From positions 994,001 through 1,058,000 of the forward strand of contig CM076001.1 in assembly GCA_038087875.1 (NCBI GenBank): a stretch of 64,000 nucleotides of DNA, in the 5' to 3' direction. This DNA is from Malacoraja senta (taxonomy: Eukaryota). The position numbers were made by a program, and so were the translations under genes. The notes below the pieces were generated by a model. That model did not search any database. It had not been told where the DNA came from and saw only the letters and a program-made list of their open reading frames with translations. Numbering within the stretch: the stretch's first letter is position 1; each line of letters opens with the position of its first letter. This document shows, piece after piece, positions 1 to 12,740 of the stretch.

Positions 1-1296
1 AACCCTCAAAGCAGTCATTTTGGATACATTTACAGTAAGTGGTGTCTATCCTAGATAATTGAGTTGGCATCCCGATTTAGTTAGTTTGATCAAACCAGAA
101 GTTCCCAAGTGTGATAAGAGTATAGAGCTTCTAACATGCAGAAAATAACGTGTTCTAATAGTAAACACATTGTGATAAATCAGTTCATTCCCATTTATTT
201 TGGCATTGGTTGCCATCACATTCTGAGTGGCGATGCGTGGCTAAAGAAATTGCCTACACGATAAATAAATACAAGCTTACATCTAACTAGTTGGTTCAGT
301 CCACGACAATTAAAAAAAATGTAAATTACAAAAATACTGTATGTGATAGAATAAATTGTATTTATTTAGTACAATAAATATCATCATGCAAGGGAAAATA
401 TTGTGTCTGAATTGCTCAGCTATTTCTTAAAGGCGGCTGAGTGGCATCTGAAAGCCTGTTTAGGCCTGGGATTATTTGAATGACAATATTACTGCTCAAA
501 GAGTACTGCTTTAAAACAAGTTGACTATGTTTTTTATGGGAGTGCTAATTAGTAAATGGGCACATATGGTGCAATTCATTTAACTAATAGCTGCCTTTGA
601 GGTTTAACAAAATTGCCATTCTCTCCTCCTTTCAGTTCCCCACCTGGGATCCTGAATGGTTTGAAATACTGAGTAATTATTGGTAATCATCTCACATCAT
701 CAGTAACCGATTGTAAGGCTGTAATTAAATAATAAATGCTTCTGTGACTCATGCCCTTTATGTGGCAGTGCTCTGGGGACCAACTTTGCATAACAAAATA
801 GCTGATTCCCAGTCAGTACCCTCCAGCAGTAGTCTTGCTGTAGTCTGTTATGCAGCCCACTTCTGCTCTGAAGTATAAAACAAAATGCTCTAAATCCTTT
901 CCAGATATTATGTTGACTCATCTGTAAGTAGAACTAAGTGGTTGTCCTCATCCTGAAATAATGTCTGCCAAACCTACTTACAGCTTTCCAGCTGCCTTCA
1001 TTACTTAGTCCAAGGAACTAATTTTCTGGGGTTAATAATATAAGCAGGCTGCAGCACACTATTCCTTTAATCAAAATCCATACTAGTACTACCAAAAGTC
1101 ACTGAATGCAGAGCCTTGGAAGGCATTGTTTTCCTTGTCTGGGCCAGCGTCCTGCAACTACAATTGCTGTACATCTCAGATAATCCTGGAATTGTACCTC
1201 ACTGCCATGGTGTATGGGAGCACACACCCATAATAGTAAAGGCTGAAAATGCTGGAAGTATTCTGGCCACATCTGAGGGCAGAGAAACAGAGTGAA

Positions 1297-1507
1297 TGTG
1301 TTGGAAGGAACTGCAGATGCTGGTTTACACTGAAGATAGACACAAAATGCTGGAGTAACTCAGCAAGACAAGCAGTATTTTTGGATAGAAGGAATAGGTG
1401 ACGTTTCGGGTTAAGTCTCAAGGAGGGTCTCGACCCAAAACATCACCCATTCCGTCTATCCAGAGATGCTGCCTGTGCCGCTGAGTTACTCCAGCATTTT
1501 GTGTCTT
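1297..1507. mobile_element. Penelope-like element (PLE) terminal fragment in inverted/hairpin form, inserted in an older PLE-like terminus (~1240-1625)
   Basis: Inverted arms AGACACAAAATGCTGGAGTAACTCAGC (1338) / GCTGAGTTACTCCAGCATTTTGTGTCT (ends 1506). Degenerate hammerhead-like core GGGTCTCGACCC-AAAAC in the centre. 13-bp direct repeat GAAACAGAGTGAA at 1284-1296 and 1508-1520. Confidence 0.75.
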
Positions 1508-2283
1508 GAAACAGAGTGAACATTTTTGGTCAAAGACAAAAGGGTTTTCCAATAGATGTGGCATGACATGCTAAGCACTCCTGTTTTTATTTTAAACTTT
1601 CAGCATCTGCAGTCTTTTGAGCACAGATATGAAGAACAGTTCCAAAAGTACCAGGGATTACTTTGGTTGCAGTAGGTGACAATACTGGTTATATATGAGC
1701 CGACTGCCTCCAGTTGAAATATTCCATTTTATTTATTTTTGGATTGATTTGACCAAGTGAGAGCATATTCAAAATCTAAATACCTGTGAAGCAGTAAACT
1801 GGAACAGCCTGATGATAATACATCAATGGCTAATCATAAATGATCTAAATGAATAAACATATGTCATGTTCAACACTGTAGTTCCCTGCACATCACGCAT
1901 TGTCCCCTTGGATATTCAGACTGAGATCTGAAGCATGCTTAGTGCCTGGTGTGTATTCTATGTGGTAATTACCTCCAACAAATGCCTGTGGCCACACTAG
2001 TCTAGCACCAGTCATGCAGCAGGCTCATAATGGCTCCTACTCAAATGCAAATGAGGACACATCCTCATAATGCATTGAGCGTGGCTGAACTGCAATCCAT
2101 GTACACAGCACCCATGCAACACAGGCACAGTCACCAGGTCATGTCATTTCATTTGCCTCAGAGTCAACTTATTCTGCTTTTATTTGTCACAAGTCATTGT
2201 TCTGTTTGCTTCCTTATACAGTATGCCAGTGTTCCTTTGTTTTTTTTTAATGTATTTTCAAAATTAAAACTTTTGCAGAGATA

Positions 2284-2523
2284 ATGGTGGCACAGCGGTA
2301 GAGTTGCACAGCGGCAAATGCAGTGCCGGAGACCCGGGTTCGGTCCTGACTACGGCTGCTGTCTGTACGGAGTTTGCACATTCTCCCCGTGACCTGCGTG
2401 GGTTTTCTCCGAGATCTTTGGTTTCCTCCCACACTCCAAAGACGTACAGGTTTGTAGGTTAATTGGCTTGGTAAATGTAAAAATTTTCCCTAGTGGGTGT
2501 AGGATAGTGTTAATGTGCGGGGA
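2284..2523 (+). mobile_element. tRNA-derived V-SINE (HE1-like)
   Basis: Pol III A-box TGGCACAGCGG, B-box-like GGTTCGGTCC, V-domain GGAGTTTGCACATTCTCCCCGTGACCTGCGTGGGTTTTCTCC. Matches other copies in the window. Confidence 0.85.
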
Positions 2524-2939
2524 GTCCAATAGCAGAACTCAGTCCTGCATGAAAAGGCAAGTCATCTTGTTAAATTATTTTACTTCAGTGTAATGTTCTT
2601 AATAATTTTTAAGTGATTTTACACCTTATAATTAACTTTATTTTTATCATTGTAATAATTTGTTATTATCTAATTATTTATATTAATTCTAATATTTTTT
2701 AAATGTCTACATATGTCACAATCATTTAAAAGCTAATAAAACTACTTCATAATTTAAACAGGCCAGTTTGGGTTTTGTCAAAGCCTATCAGGAATATTCT
2801 GGGGGCAGGGCTCATGTCTATGCCATCTGAGGCCTTTCACTGCTGAGGCCACTGCACAGCTCCCTGCTAATGCAAAGACCCAGCAGTATTCCACATTATT
2901 AGATTAGCCCCTTCTTGATTAGTGCCTTCTTCATTAGTA

Positions 2940-3075
2940 CAGGTATCAGAGGCTATGGGGAGAAAGCAGGAGAATGGTGTTTGGAGGGAGATAAAGATCA
3001 GCCACGATTGAATGGCGGAGTAGACTTGATGGGCCGAATGGCCTAATTCTACTCCTTTCACTTTTGACCTTATGA
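2940..3075 (+). mobile_element. CR1 (HER1-like) LINE 3' end fragment
   Basis: GGTATCAGAGGCTATGGGGAGAAAGCAGG...GGGCCGAATGGCCTAATTCT matches the 3' ends of the young CR1 copies in the window. Confidence 0.75.
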
Positions 3076-3484
3076 CCTCATTACTTTCATTGGGTTAGCA
3101 CAGGTGACACGCTGGGTCCAGGAAGATTGGGCCCATCAATTGATGGAATGAATACCTGGGAATGTGCAAAGTTACACACATCTATAATCGTGTGATGTCA
3201 CTTCACATTTTGGAAGCCTTGTCTAGGACTAAAAGTCTTGGACACACACAATGAATAATATGCCTTTCAAGAGTCTTGAGGAACAGAGGGAAGTTGGTAT
3301 ACAAGTATTTCTGAACATGGCAACACAGATAAATATTGGTATTGGATTAGAAATGTCACATGTACCAAGAAGCAGTGAAAAGTTTTTTGTTTGTGTTCTA
3401 TCCAGTCAAATCAAATCAACTATACACATGTACAACAGGTAGTGCAAAGAGAAAAATACCAGTTCAAAAAATTGGATAGTTGGA

Positions 3485-3625
3485 TGAAATTGGAGCACAC
3501 GGAGAAAATCCATGCGGCCACGGGGAGAATCTACAAACTCCGTACAGACAGCACCCTTAGTCAGGATTGAACCTGGATCTCTGGCGCTGTAAGGCAGCAA
3601 CTCTACCATTGCACCACCATGCCGC
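3485..3625 (-). mobile_element. V-SINE (HE1-like) 5' part
   Basis: Reverse complement of the tRNA head and V-domain (GGCGGCATGGTGGTGCAATGGTAGAGTTGCTGCC...). Confidence 0.8.
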
Positions 3626-3629
3626 CCAA

Positions 3630-5053
3630 AAAAGTGTAGAAGAAATTCACTAGGATGTTGCCTGGATTGGAGTACATTAACTTTAAGGAAAGTTTGGGCA
3701 AACTTGGATTGTTTTGTCTCAGACATCAGAGGTTGAGGGGCAACCTGATAGAAGTATAAAACATTATGAGAGGCATTGACAAGGTAGATAGTTACAGCCT
3801 TTTTCCCAGAGTGGCAAAGATTTAAAAGTCGCATGGATGAACTATAGCAATTGTTCATCCCTGTCTGGCATAAAAATAAAATGGGGAAGGCGGCTCAACC
3901 ATGGCAAACGAGGGAAATTAGGGATAGTGTTAAAACCAAGGAAAAGGCATATAAATCGGTCAGAGGAAGCAGCAAACCGGAGGACAGGGAGAAATTTAGA
4001 ATTCAACAGAGGAGGACAAAGGGATTAATTAAGAGGGGGAAAATAGAGCATGAAAGAGAACTTGCGGGGAATATAAAAACTGACTGTAAAAGCTTCTTTA
4101 GATATGTGAAGAGGTAAAGATTAGTGAAGACAAATGTAGGTCCCTTACAGTCAGAAACAGGTGAATTTATAATGGAAAACAAGGAAATGGAAGACCAGTT
4201 AAACGAGTACTTTGGTTCTATCTTCACTAAGGAAGACACAAACAATCTCCCAGAAATACTAGGGGACCGAGGATCAGGTGGGAGGGAGGAACTGAAGGGA
4301 ATCCACATTAGTCAGGAAATGGTAAACTGTTGGGACTGAAGGCAGATAAATCCCCAGGGCCTGATGGTCTGCATCCCAGAGTACGCAAGGAGGTGGCCTT
4401 AGAAATTGTGGATGCATTGGTGATAATTTCCAATGTTCTATAGACTCTGGATCAGTTCCTGTGAATTGGAGGGTAGCTAATGTAACCCCACTTTTTAAGA
4501 AAGGAGGGAGAGAGAAAAAGGGGAATTATAGACCAGTTAGCCTTACATCAATAGTGGCAAAGATGCTTGAGTCGATTATTGAAAAGATAATAGCAGCGCA
4601 TTTGGAAAGCAGTGACAGCATCGATCAAAGCATGGATTTATGAAGGGGAAATCATGCTTGATTAAATGTCTGGAATTTTTTGAGGATGTAACAAGTAGAA
4701 TGGATAAGGGAGAGCCAGTGGATGTGGTGTATCTGGACTTTCAAAAAGCCTTTGACAAGGTCCAACACAAGAGATTAGTGTGCAAAATTTGAGCACATGA
4801 TATTGGGAGTAGGGTATTGACATAGGTATAGAACTGGTTGGCAGAAATGAAGCAAAGAGTAAGAATTAATGGGCCCTTTTCAGAATGGCAGGCAGTGACT
4901 AGTGGGGTACCACATGGCTTGGTGCTGGGACCCCAGTTATTTACAATATGTATTAACGATTTAGACAAGGGAATTAAATGTAACATCTTCAAGTTTGCGG
5001 ATGACACAAAGCTGGGTGGCAGTGTGAGCAGCAAGGAGGATGCTATGAGGCTG
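3630..5053 (+). mobile_element. Degenerate CR1 LINE ORF2 fragments (RT region) with stops/frameshifts
   Basis: Translated pieces NIKTDCKSFFRYV, WRVANVTPLFKKG, SGVPHGLVLGP, KFADDTKLGG align with the intact CR1 ORF2 at 26920-29550. Confidence 0.9.
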
Positions 5054-5060
5054 GTGGTCG

Positions 5061-5239
5061 GAGCTCTTCTCCGGCGATCCCCGGCAAGTGATCAGCCCGC
5101 TCCGCGATGGTAAAGTCCGCTCCATGCCTGCTGCTAGAAGCTCCGCAGACCGCGGCTTCAGGATGTTATAGGCAGCAGGCCAGCAATCAGAGCTCTTCTC
5201 TGGCGATCCCCGGCAAGGGATTGCCCCGCTCCACGATGG
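5061..5239. repeat. GC-rich repeat fragment with ~50-bp internal direct repeat
   Basis: GAGCTCTTCTC(C/T)GGCGATCCCCGGCAAG...CCGCTCC(G/A)CGATGG occurs at ~5061 and ~5190. It abuts the broken 3' end of the CR1. Confidence 0.6.
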
Positions 5240-6989
5240 AAAAATATACATGGGAATTCAATCATATGTACAGGTGTGCATAAATTAAGCATTCATAATC
5301 TGGGGATGGCCTGTACAATGGTTTTGATCTAGGTAGCATGTTAACAAAACCTTTGTCCGTGACAACAGGCATATGTGAAGGTGAGATAATATTTAGCATA
5401 TATCTTCCTTAGTTCTTTAGAATTTTGTTTGTGTTTGGATAGTGATTGCAATTATTTATTTTATGCTAGAGATTATGAGATATTGAAAAGAGATTATAAT
5501 GGCATGTTTAATTACACTAGTAATGTGGAGATCTGAGCTAAAAATCAACACAGCTCTGGAGTGTAAATTCAATGAGCAAATAATGTGGAATCTGAAAGAA
5601 ATCTTCACTCAGCACAGAAACCATGAAACTATCAATGCATTATGAAAATCCATTTGGTTGATTAATGCTCATCACGAGGAAATCTACCATCTGGCCCATC
5701 TGTGACTTCTGAAGCACAGCAGTGTTGGCTATTAGCTGCCCTTTGAAGTGATCTAGCAAGATCTTCAATCATATATTAACTGTTACAATAAAACAGAAAA
5801 ATGGATGCACCACCAGACATCGACCAAAATACTGAATTTGCACATGGAAAATACACGTGCATTTTTTTTTTTTTTTATCATTGCTGAATCTGAATCCTGG
5901 AATTCCCTATGCAATAGCACTGAAGAAATCCTTCACCAAAAAGCGATCCGAAAAGGTGATGCACCACACCACCATTTCAAAGACAGCCTAAGCGTAATAA
6001 ATAGTGGCCTTACAAACAACTGCCAAACCCTCAAAAAATAAATTTAAATATTTTATTCTTTCATTGGATAAGGTTTTGCTTGTGGCATTTTATAATTTGG
6101 GTAGAACCATTCTGGTTGCTAAGTGAAGTTACTTTTAAATGATGTTTACAATTTTTTTGTAAGCAGTGCTTTGCCCATTTGCACTGAATGTGCTCCATTT
6201 ATACAGATGCAAAATAACTTTGTTGTTCCGCTTTATTTGAATTGTTAGTTTAATTTGCACTTCAAAATATGCCAAGAAAAAGGAAGAGTGGATTAAAAAT
6301 GCCCTAAACACAGATCAGTATCACATTTCTTTCTTGTGGTAAGGACACAATTGAATTAGTAACACTGTACCTCAAAACAGATTTGCTTATTTTAATACCA
6401 GTCTTTTCAGTCTTAATTACACAGCAGTGAATAGGTATATTGTGAAGCTTTTTACCTTACACCAAAGAATAATTTATTTAATTTATCTCAACATAGAAGT
6501 GCAGGAGACGTTCGTTGCTGAAGTGACCTATAATTTGCCACTAAAAATGCTTCAAAGCCCTGATAAAGGCCATTCATTAGGCAGAGCTGATTTAGAAAGG
6601 GATTCCTGAAAGAGCTCTTTGTCTAATTGCCTACCATTACAAATAACATGAGACAAACGGGTTTCGGTAATATTATTAAACACTGTGAAACAGTAATATT
6701 GTTCTTGTGCAAACCCTACAGTAATCAAACAATTAAACTTTAACTGTCTAATTAACTCTTTACAACTGCCAACTTGCATGACAAAAATGATATTAATCTG
6801 GAGGACATGCAAATTTAAAGCCTGTCTATATTTTAATTAGGTAATATCTAATGAACCTATGACGGGTGTTTGGATCCTAACACCGTTGTCTAATTTTTTT
6901 GCCATTCAAATTGTATTAATGACTTTATTCTCTCATGCTACTTTCTTTTAAAATGTCTCAGGCAACACCTCAGCTGTAGCTGGGATAAA

Positions 6990-8945
6990 TAAACTGCTGG
7001 AGGAACTCAGCAGGTCAAGCAGCTTCTGAGGAGGCAGACACTGCTGACATTTCAGGTTCAGGACAGGACTCAAAGTGCAGAGGGGAGATAGCTCGTATGA
7101 AGAAGTGTGAGGAAGGATTGAGGCAGGTGCTGGCAGGCAATAGGTGGAACCAGGTGAGGAGAGGGCTGATAGACAGATGGTGTCATGTGGGGAAGGGGGA
7201 GAGATGAGTTAGGTGACTGCAGCTGGGTGGTGTCAGATCCAAGAGCGCATTGAACAGGATATCATTGAACCTGTTGAAGAATCAATGCCATGGGTCAGTC
7301 CAGTTGTAGTAATACCGAAACCAAACTGAGAGATAAGGCTTTGCATGGACATGAGACAAGTAAATGAGACAATAATACGAGAGAGACAACCCGGCATCAA
7401 TGCAGCTGAAGGCAAGATTAAAGCTGGAAAGAACAATATGGCTGACTCATGATCCAGATTGCTGAAGGTAGACAAGCCGTTAGGGTTTGTACTTGAAATA
7501 GAAGAAGAATAGGACAAGGATCCAGAACTACAAGATGTCAGAGAGTGGATCCAAAGAGGTGACTGGGAGGAATGTCCACACAGGATATATGCAGCTATCA
7601 GAGATGAACTATGCACAATTGGAAGCTGTGTCCTGAGAGGACACGTTTCCATGATGTAGAGGAATGGCAGATGAATGAACCAAAGTTTTTTTTGTTCAGT
7701 GTCCTTGAAGTGTGTTTATTACATTTGGATCCAGGCGAGGATCTGACAAGTGGGTGATAGAGAGAGGTCGATCAGGAGATTTGATAGAGCTAGTGGAGGT
7801 AGAGACAGGAAACACACGCTGCAGATGCTGAAATCTTATAATTAATGAAGGTAATAGATGGAGTCAGATAAGGCAGGGATGGTGGGCAGATGGAATTTGT
7901 AGAAGAGTATAGGAGACTCAATAGGTATAGTGTGTGGGTGATCGGCAAATGGAACAAGCTGGGAGAGGGAAACTAAACTGGGTGACAGAGGTGGGAGGGA
8001 GAAACCGGTTTCAATAAGGAGAGAGAAAGGAGCACACGGGTGCAGGCTACCTGAAATTGGAAAATGCAATGTTCATACCAAAGGTTTTAGACTACACAGG
8101 CTGAATATGAGGCATTGTTCTTCTAATTTGTGATTGGCTTCACACTGGCAGAGGAGAAGGCCAAGTATTGACAGGTCAGGTGGGAATGGGATAGGAAGTT
8201 GAAATGTCTGACAACGAGATGGTTACGATGGCCATTGCCATGATGAACAGAGCGCAGTTGTTCTGCAAAATTGTTGCCTAGTCTATGTTTGGTCTTGCCG
8301 ACATAGAGGCGACCATATCAAGATCATCCAATACAGTAGTTGAGGTTGGAGGAGGTGCATGTGAGTCTTTGCCTGACCTGGAAGGGCTGTTTATGCCCCT
8401 AGGTGATGGTGAGGGAGAAAGTGTATGGATACCTGTGGCACCTCTTGCAGTTGCAGGGAAATGTGATGCCAGACAGGGAGGGGAGCATTAGTTGAATGAA
8501 AGAACCATGACCTCATGGAGACAGTAGTCCCTGTGGAAATCAGAAATGGGTGGGAAGGGGAGGATATGATTGGAGGTGGGATCCTGTTGCAGCTGGCAGT
8601 TATGATGAAGGCTGAAACGCTAGATGCAGAGGCTGATAGGGTGAAATGTGAGGGAAATGGTGAAATCATGAGTGAGGGCTCTATCAACAACAGTCGAGGG
8701 GAAGTCACAATTTCTGAAAAAGGAGCACATTTCAGATGTCCTGGAATGGAAAGCCCCATCTTGAGAACTGATGCAGCGGAGAAAGAGAAAAGAGAGAAAA
8801 TAATTAAGACCATGCAGAAGTTGGTATAGTTAAGGCAGCTGTAGGATGGTCCAGGAAAGGGAGTGAGGTGTCAGAAATGGTGCAAGTGAATTTGAAGGCA
8901 GGGTGGAAGTTCTTAACAAAGGTAATAAAATTGGCCAGTTCCACT
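6990..8945 (-). mobile_element. Degenerate Penelope-like retroelement (GIY-YIG endonuclease region plus 3' terminus)
   Basis: Minus strand ~8250-8465 reads TFPCNCKRCH...PFQVRQRLTCTSSNLNYCI...LYVGKTKHRLGNNFAEQLRSV (GIY-YIG pattern). PLE-type terminus CTGCTGGAGGAACTCAGC at ~6995. Confidence 0.8.
7228..7655 (+). mobile_element. Heavily deleted Ty3/Gypsy pol remnant inside the PLE
   Basis: DIIEPVEESMPWVSPVVVIPKPN*EIRLCMDMRQVNE (RT N-terminus), GKNNMADS, DKDPELQDVREWI...IRDELCTIGSCVLRG (RH-INT linker). TGGTGTCAGA PBS-like motif at 7228. Confidence 0.7.
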
Positions 8946-10524
8946 CAAGAACATGAGGCATTTTCTGACTACTATTCAATCCTATACCAGCACCATTCGG
9001 GACTCATCATTTAAAGCATGCAAGAGCAGCCAGGTGAGAGACAGCTCTTACTTTGGCCTTTCCTCTTGGTTTTCCTCAGGATTGTAGTTTATGTAGAAAC
9101 CTCCCTATCATATGAAGCCAGAGTTGCTCAAGAAAACACATTTCATGAGACAAAAGCATAGCCTGAATCCAAAGCAGATACTGTAGGTGGCATATCTACT
9201 AGACCCATATCTCACTATTACATGACACCGTATATTGACATTGTGATAAATTTACCACAAAGTTAACCTGAGAAAAAGTGATAGCTGAACGGTACTGTAA
9301 ATTTTCCATTTGTTTCTATTTGCTTTGCATCCAGACTCCAATACAACCACCTTATCCATTGCAAATTAAAACATAGGCACACTTACATTCTGTTGGGGCT
9401 TGGGGTTCAGTTCACCCAACAGAGTCTTCATTTTCAAATTCACCACACACTCAGGTCAAAGTTCTGATTGTATTAAAGATTTGGTTCAATTTGTACTAAT
9501 TTTCTTTGATGCGCAGCTAAATTCTAAAAGATTTCGCAGGTCATAATATTGCAAAGAGTTTCATTAATGTTCCCTGATGAGACTGTGAAATGGATCAACA
9601 TATTCCTTGAAAGTCATCTTTAGTGATATTGTGTCAGCTTACTCAAACAGAAAACTTAACATTAAAAATACATATTTTTGCTGATTAAACCGTTCTCCGA
9701 AAGTAATGAAAAACCTGCATCAGTTACCATTTTTACATACAATAAAAATACTTTTGAATGAAAACAAAATCAATTTCATTCTATTACACTGCCCTCTTTA
9801 ACACTGGTTCATGTCAGATTTTACATCTGTGATTATGGAAATGAATTATTGCAAAATGTGAACTGTAACTTAACCAGACTAATTTTATACCCCATGCAAA
9901 AATAAACGACTGCTGCATAAGACTTTAGAAGACAATTTTCAAGCTATATTGTGAAAAAGGAAAGTTTTCATTCAATTATTGTTTCAAGTTTTATGTCTTT
10001 ATTGCTATAGTCATTAAATAAGTGGAGCCCATTTTTACATGCGCAATTTTGCTTCCACAATAGATTTTCATTCTCAGATTTGCTGGCAAGCAACAGTCAT
10101 TAGTTGGTAAATATTGATATGTAATTGCAATCAAATACCCTTGCATTCTCTGATTTGGTGTTAGTTTTGTGTAGTTCCATCGGGAGCTGAGGACGGGTGG
10201 TAAAATGAAGTAAAATGGCATCAATTAGAACTCTTTCTGTGTATAATAGTATATATTGACATTTCATTTCATACATACATTATGTTAAATATGTGCAGAC
10301 ATACTGCGGAATTGCATGCAAAGACTAATTACAATTTAAACTTACCAGTCATTTGAGGTCAGAAATATGTATGGGAATTTAAGTCAAACCTTGTAGTTCA
10401 TGATCAACTGCCTCCATTGATGTTTATATTTATTTTGCATGGCATCTCTCTGCAATACTGTGCTTTTAATATGTCAACCTTGTTTGAGGTTTTTAATCAG
10501 TGTTTTGAGTTGTTACCAAAAAGG

Positions 10525-10615
10525 GGGAGTAACTGGAGGAACTTTGCCGGTCAGGCAGCATCTATGGAGGGAAATGGACAGTTGACATTTTGGATCAAGA
10601 CCCTTCATCTGACCG
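10525..10615 (-). mobile_element. PLE terminal fragment (degenerate hammerhead-type end)
   Basis: CTGGAGGAACT...GGTCAGGCAGCATCTATGGAG...GACATTTTGGATCAAGACCCTTCATCTGA resembles the other PLE ends. Confidence 0.6.
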
Positions 10616-11551
10616 AAATGCAAAGTCCAATAACGATATATTTAAGCAATATTATTCTAATAAATGTGATCTTGAGAGTACATAATATTTTCTGTGATAT
10701 TCATAACACAACAATGATAAAAAAGATCTTTGTTTTGATTGCACCTTCCAACATGCATACATTATTATTTTACAGTTAATATTTACCGAGGTCAAATTTT
10801 TGTTCCAATGCTCCCCATTCCCAATTACTTTTACGTTGAAGTGATTGAAATCCAAGTGCAGTTTAAATTGCATCAGAAAAATAAAACATTCGGAATAGAT
10901 GATATTCATTATGTGGTTGGATGGAGTCAGTATCAGCACAATTACTATATTAAACTTTGAATCTTCAGATGTCCTGGTTCAAGCTAAAACTAAAGACAAA
11001 TAATAACCTCCTCACACATTCCCTTGCAAGTACCTCTGTCACTCCTTTAAAATATGCCCCTTCTTTGAACAAGCTCTTAAACATCGCATCTGAATCAGTT
11101 TCCATCTGATTACACTCCTTGAGGATGTTTATCTACCTGTTCAATTAAAAAACAACAAGATTGGGGACATTTCTATTCAACCCATCAAAGGAATTTGGGG
11201 GGGGGTTTAGAAATAGTCAGTGAGGTAAACAAACATAATAGTTGAGTGGCAAATGACAACAGTGCTACCTTCCCAATATTTAACTGAAGGAAATAATGGG
11301 TTATCGGGACTGTATGTTGTGACAGACAACCTGACACCTTGCATGTCATTTTAATATTACACTTATCCCATCCCCCTGGATATTCTGGATTCATAAAGTA
11401 AGGTTTTGGCAACTAATTACAAATCAGGCTAATTTCAAATCAATAACATTAGCCAACTCCGAAATACGAAGCACTGAGCATTGGGATCCAGACATCATGG
11501 ACCACTGACCTCAGTTCCCCGCTCACATCTGGCAGTGCACTCTGTCTGAAC

Positions 11552-11770
11552 CAGGGGCCACAGAGTGCTTTTGAAAGTGGAGAGGCTGAGCGATCACTGA
11601 TCACTGGCCTTGGGGGTACCCGGCAAGGGAGTAGAGCAACTGAGTGGGGGGAGAGTGTGGGAGGGGGGTGTCCCCCCTCCAACGGTAGGGACATTTTCAA
11701 ATTTGATGTTTTAGTGCATTGTAGAAGTAGGATTTCAATGTTTTTTGTTTGAAGTAATTTTAAGAGGTAA
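11552..11770. mobile_element. DNA-transposon-like terminal fragment (CAGGGG-start, hAT-like)
   Basis: Begins CAGGGGCCACAGAGTGCTTTTGAAAGTGG; GC-rich subterminal hairpin GGAGGGGGGTGTCCCCCCTCC. Family not confirmed. Confidence 0.45.
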
Positions 11771-11774
11771 CTTT

Positions 11775-12008
11775 TTAAGGGATAAGTTTTTCCACAAAAA
11801 GGGTTGTGGGTGTATGGAACAAGCTGCTAGAGGAGGTAGTTGAGGCAGCGACTATCCCAACATTTAAGAAACAGTTAGACTGATACATGGATATGACAGG
11901 TTTGGAGGGATATGAACCAAAAGCAGGGAGTGTAGCTGGGACATGTTGGCGGGTGTGGGCAAGTTGTACCGAAGGGCCTGTTTTCACACTGTATCACTCT
12001 ATGACTAC
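11775..12008 (+). mobile_element. CR1 LINE 3' fragment
   Basis: FFHKKGCGCMEQ-type decayed FFTQRVV.VWN motif followed by the tail GGGCCTGTTTTCACACTGTATCACTCTATGACT. Confidence 0.75.
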
Positions 12009-12075
12009 ATTATACCTCCACCATGCATGAATGCTTCAAAATCAAGTGGTCGAGTTTTATAGCCATATACTCAAG

Positions 12076-12405
12076 CATAGAAACATAGAAAATAGGTGCA
12101 GGTATAGGCCATTCGGCCCTTCGAGCCAGCACTGCCATTCAATATGATCATGGCTGTTCATCTAAAATCAGTACCTCTTTCCTGCTGTTTCCCCATGTCC
12201 CTTGATTTTGCTAGCCCCAAGAGCAAAATGTAACTCCAGTGAATTGGCCTCCACTGCCTTCTGTGGCAGAGAATTCCTCAGATTCACAACTTTCTGGGTG
12301 AAGAAAGTTTGTCCTCATCTCAGTCTTAAATGGCCTACCCCTTATTCTTAAACTGTGTGACCCCTGGTTCTGAACTTCCCCAACATCGGGAACATTTTTT
12401 CCTGT
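12076..12405 (-). mobile_element. CR1 LINE 3' fragment
   Basis: CATAGAAACATAGAAA tail (reverse of TTTCTATG repeats); HSLRIRGRPFKTEMR on the minus strand. Confidence 0.85.
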
Positions 12406-12494
12406 AGTTACAGTAAGTGAAAATCTAGCAGGCAAGCAGGATGCTTTCTCCAACCACTATCTTCCACCGTTTCTACCCAGTGCTTGGTACTTAC

Positions 12495-12650
12495 TTCCAG
12501 CAGCCACTGGTTGTCCCCCAGGATGCACCGAGCCACAGCCTGATCCATGCCGTTTACCTGGGCGAATTCGGCACAGAGACTCTCACGGCAGCGGCGCAAT
12601 GCTTCCGACGCCTCCGAAGGCCCGGGACTCTTGCACTGAGGCTGCTCCAT
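12495..12650 (-). CDS. TDP2: TDP2 (tyrosyl-DNA phosphodiesterase 2)-like first coding exon, UBA-like domain; real exon or captured fragment
   Basis: ATG at 12650 gives 52 codons MEQPQ...RESLCAEFAQVNGMDQAVARCILGDNQWLLE, followed immediately by a canonical donor GTAAGT (12494-12489), phase 0. Resembles the vertebrate TDP2 N-terminus (LCVEFASVASCDAAVAQCFLAENDWEME). No downstream exon recognised by eye. Confidence 0.7.
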
Positions 12651-12683
12651 AGCCGGAGCTGCAGCGAGCGACTGGCCAGCCTG

Positions 12684-12740
12684 GCAAACATTCGCCAGCC
12701 CAGCAAACACTCGCCAGCCCGGCAAACACTCGCCAGCCCT
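12684..12740 (+). repeat. 19-bp tandem repeat x3 upstream of the TDP2-like ATG
   Basis: GCAAACA(T/C)TCGCCAGCCCN at 12684, 12703, 12722. Confidence 0.9.

Noticed and set aside
2284..2355. tRNA genes (also 60203-60275)
   Set aside because: These are tRNA-derived SINE heads continuing into the V-domain, with no complete cloverleaf.
9052..9104. Possible minus-strand micro-exon GGFYINYNPEENQEERPK with AG/GTAAGA borders
   Set aside because: Weak acceptor; similarity to ubinuclein GGFYIN stops after six residues; no supporting exons.
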